Source of the DNA: Balanoglossus misakiensis
Taxonomy: Eukaryota > Animalia > Hemichordata
NCBI GenBank assembly: GCA_040954595.2
Contig: CM082581.2
Span: 922,699 to 986,698 of the forward strand
DNA: 64,000 nucleotides
Direction: 5' to 3'
The position numbers were made by a program, and so were the translations under genes. The notes below the pieces were generated by a model. That model did not search any database. It was not told the DNA's origin and saw only the letters and a list, made by a program, of their open reading frames with translations. Positions 63,056 to 64,000 of this stretch are shown here, one piece after another (position 1 is the first letter of the stretch; each line of letters begins with the position of its first letter).

Positions 63056-64000
63056 ATTATTAGGTCCCATTTGGTGCAGGTATATGTATTTATACCATGG
63101 GACCTTATGGGATCAGTTGCACCTGTATATATGGATGTCTGTATGGATGTTTGTCTGTATGTCTATCAATATCAAACACTTGGAAACCACTGGCATGTGA
63201 CCTTGATATTTAGTGTGGAGATGCAGGCAGGGCATTAAGTGGGAGTTGTCAAAATGAACTTGTCATTGCCAAAATATGCAAATTAGCTGGGAAAGTGTCA
63301 AATTCGTCCAAACTCGGGAACTCGACAACTACTGAGCAAATTGCTTTCAAAATTGAAAATTGGTATTCCTGTAAGTTATGTTAACCTCACACAGTTCTAT
63401 ATGTTGTGAGCTAATGTGAATTTTCGATTTTTTATGTATTTTTTGTCTCTTTCCACATTATCGGTAGAAAATCTGCTTTTCTGGAATTGATCAGCTGACT
63501 TATTTGAAATTTAGTATGAAGCTTCATAGGTGATCTGAGTTATCATAGTTTTGTAAGGTCCCATTTGCTTTACCATGGGACCTTATGATATCGGTGGATG
63601 TATGTATGTATGTCTGTATGTCCGTCCACATCACAAACTTGAAAACCGCTGGGCATATGACCTCGATATTTGGTGTGTAGATGCAGGCCAGGCTGAAGAT
63701 TGGAGTTTGTTCAAATGAAGCTGTCATTGCCAAAAATATGCAAATTAGCTAGGAAAATGTGAAATTGGTCAAAACTCAAACTCAACAACCACTGGTCACA
63801 TTCATTTGAAAATCAGTATGCATGTACCTTATGTCTACCTCAAACAGTCCTGTATGTTTTGAGCTAATATTATCGATTTTTAATTTTTTATGCCAAAAAT
63901 CTTTTATGCATTTTTTGTATTATTCCACATTATTGGTAAAGAAATCATCATTTCTTAAAGTTATAGGCCTCATTCTTTGAATTTTAGTATGAAGCTTCTA
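63056..64000 (+). mobile_element. HINE-like fragments paralogous to 56227-57150
   Basis: Heads aggtcccatttg...catgggacctt followed by (tgta)n at ~63056 and ~63555. Confidence 0.55.

Larger units (their letters stand above)
53633..64000 (+). repeat. Tandem segmental duplication: copy 1 from ~53633, copy 2 from ~60119 (offset ~6.5 kb), with copy-specific indels
   Basis: Collinear blocks 53633-54560/60119-60688, 54570-54880/61308-61615, 55110-55410/61625-61920 and 55555-57150/62488-64000. Confidence 0.92.

Overview
Repeat-dominated, AT-rich, intron-containing animal DNA; the repeat repertoire resembles marine invertebrates, but the species cannot be determined. I see no prokaryotic genes, rRNA, tRNA or CRISPR arrays, and no intact full-length gene. 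1-393: 3' end (PPT + LTR) of an LTR retrotransposon. ~395-1815: decayed GC-rich coding tract on the minus strand, possibly a TatD-associated repeat family. 1836-6810: two divergently oriented, degenerate copies of a spliced OB-fold gene, separated by two foldback elements. 6813-9772: a Tc1-like MITE, a 652-bp duplication and 309-bp tandem units each carrying a CTCF-like motif. 9768-35393: a 25.6-kb satellite array of ~78-79-bp monomers with kb-scale internal duplications; all ORFs there are artefacts. 37900-46450: TTAA MITEs, a Helentron-type non-autonomous element containing nested RTE-X, MITE and L2 insertions, and a spliced ZNF862-like hAT transposase remnant. 48761-50435: an orphan Pro/Gln-rich exon followed by a ~169-bp tandem array. 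53064-53477: a P/Galileo-like palindromic MITE. 53633-64000: a ~6.5-kb-offset tandem duplication carrying two small, conserved, mutually related exons per copy. All family assignments rest on motif recognition by eye; no database searches were run.
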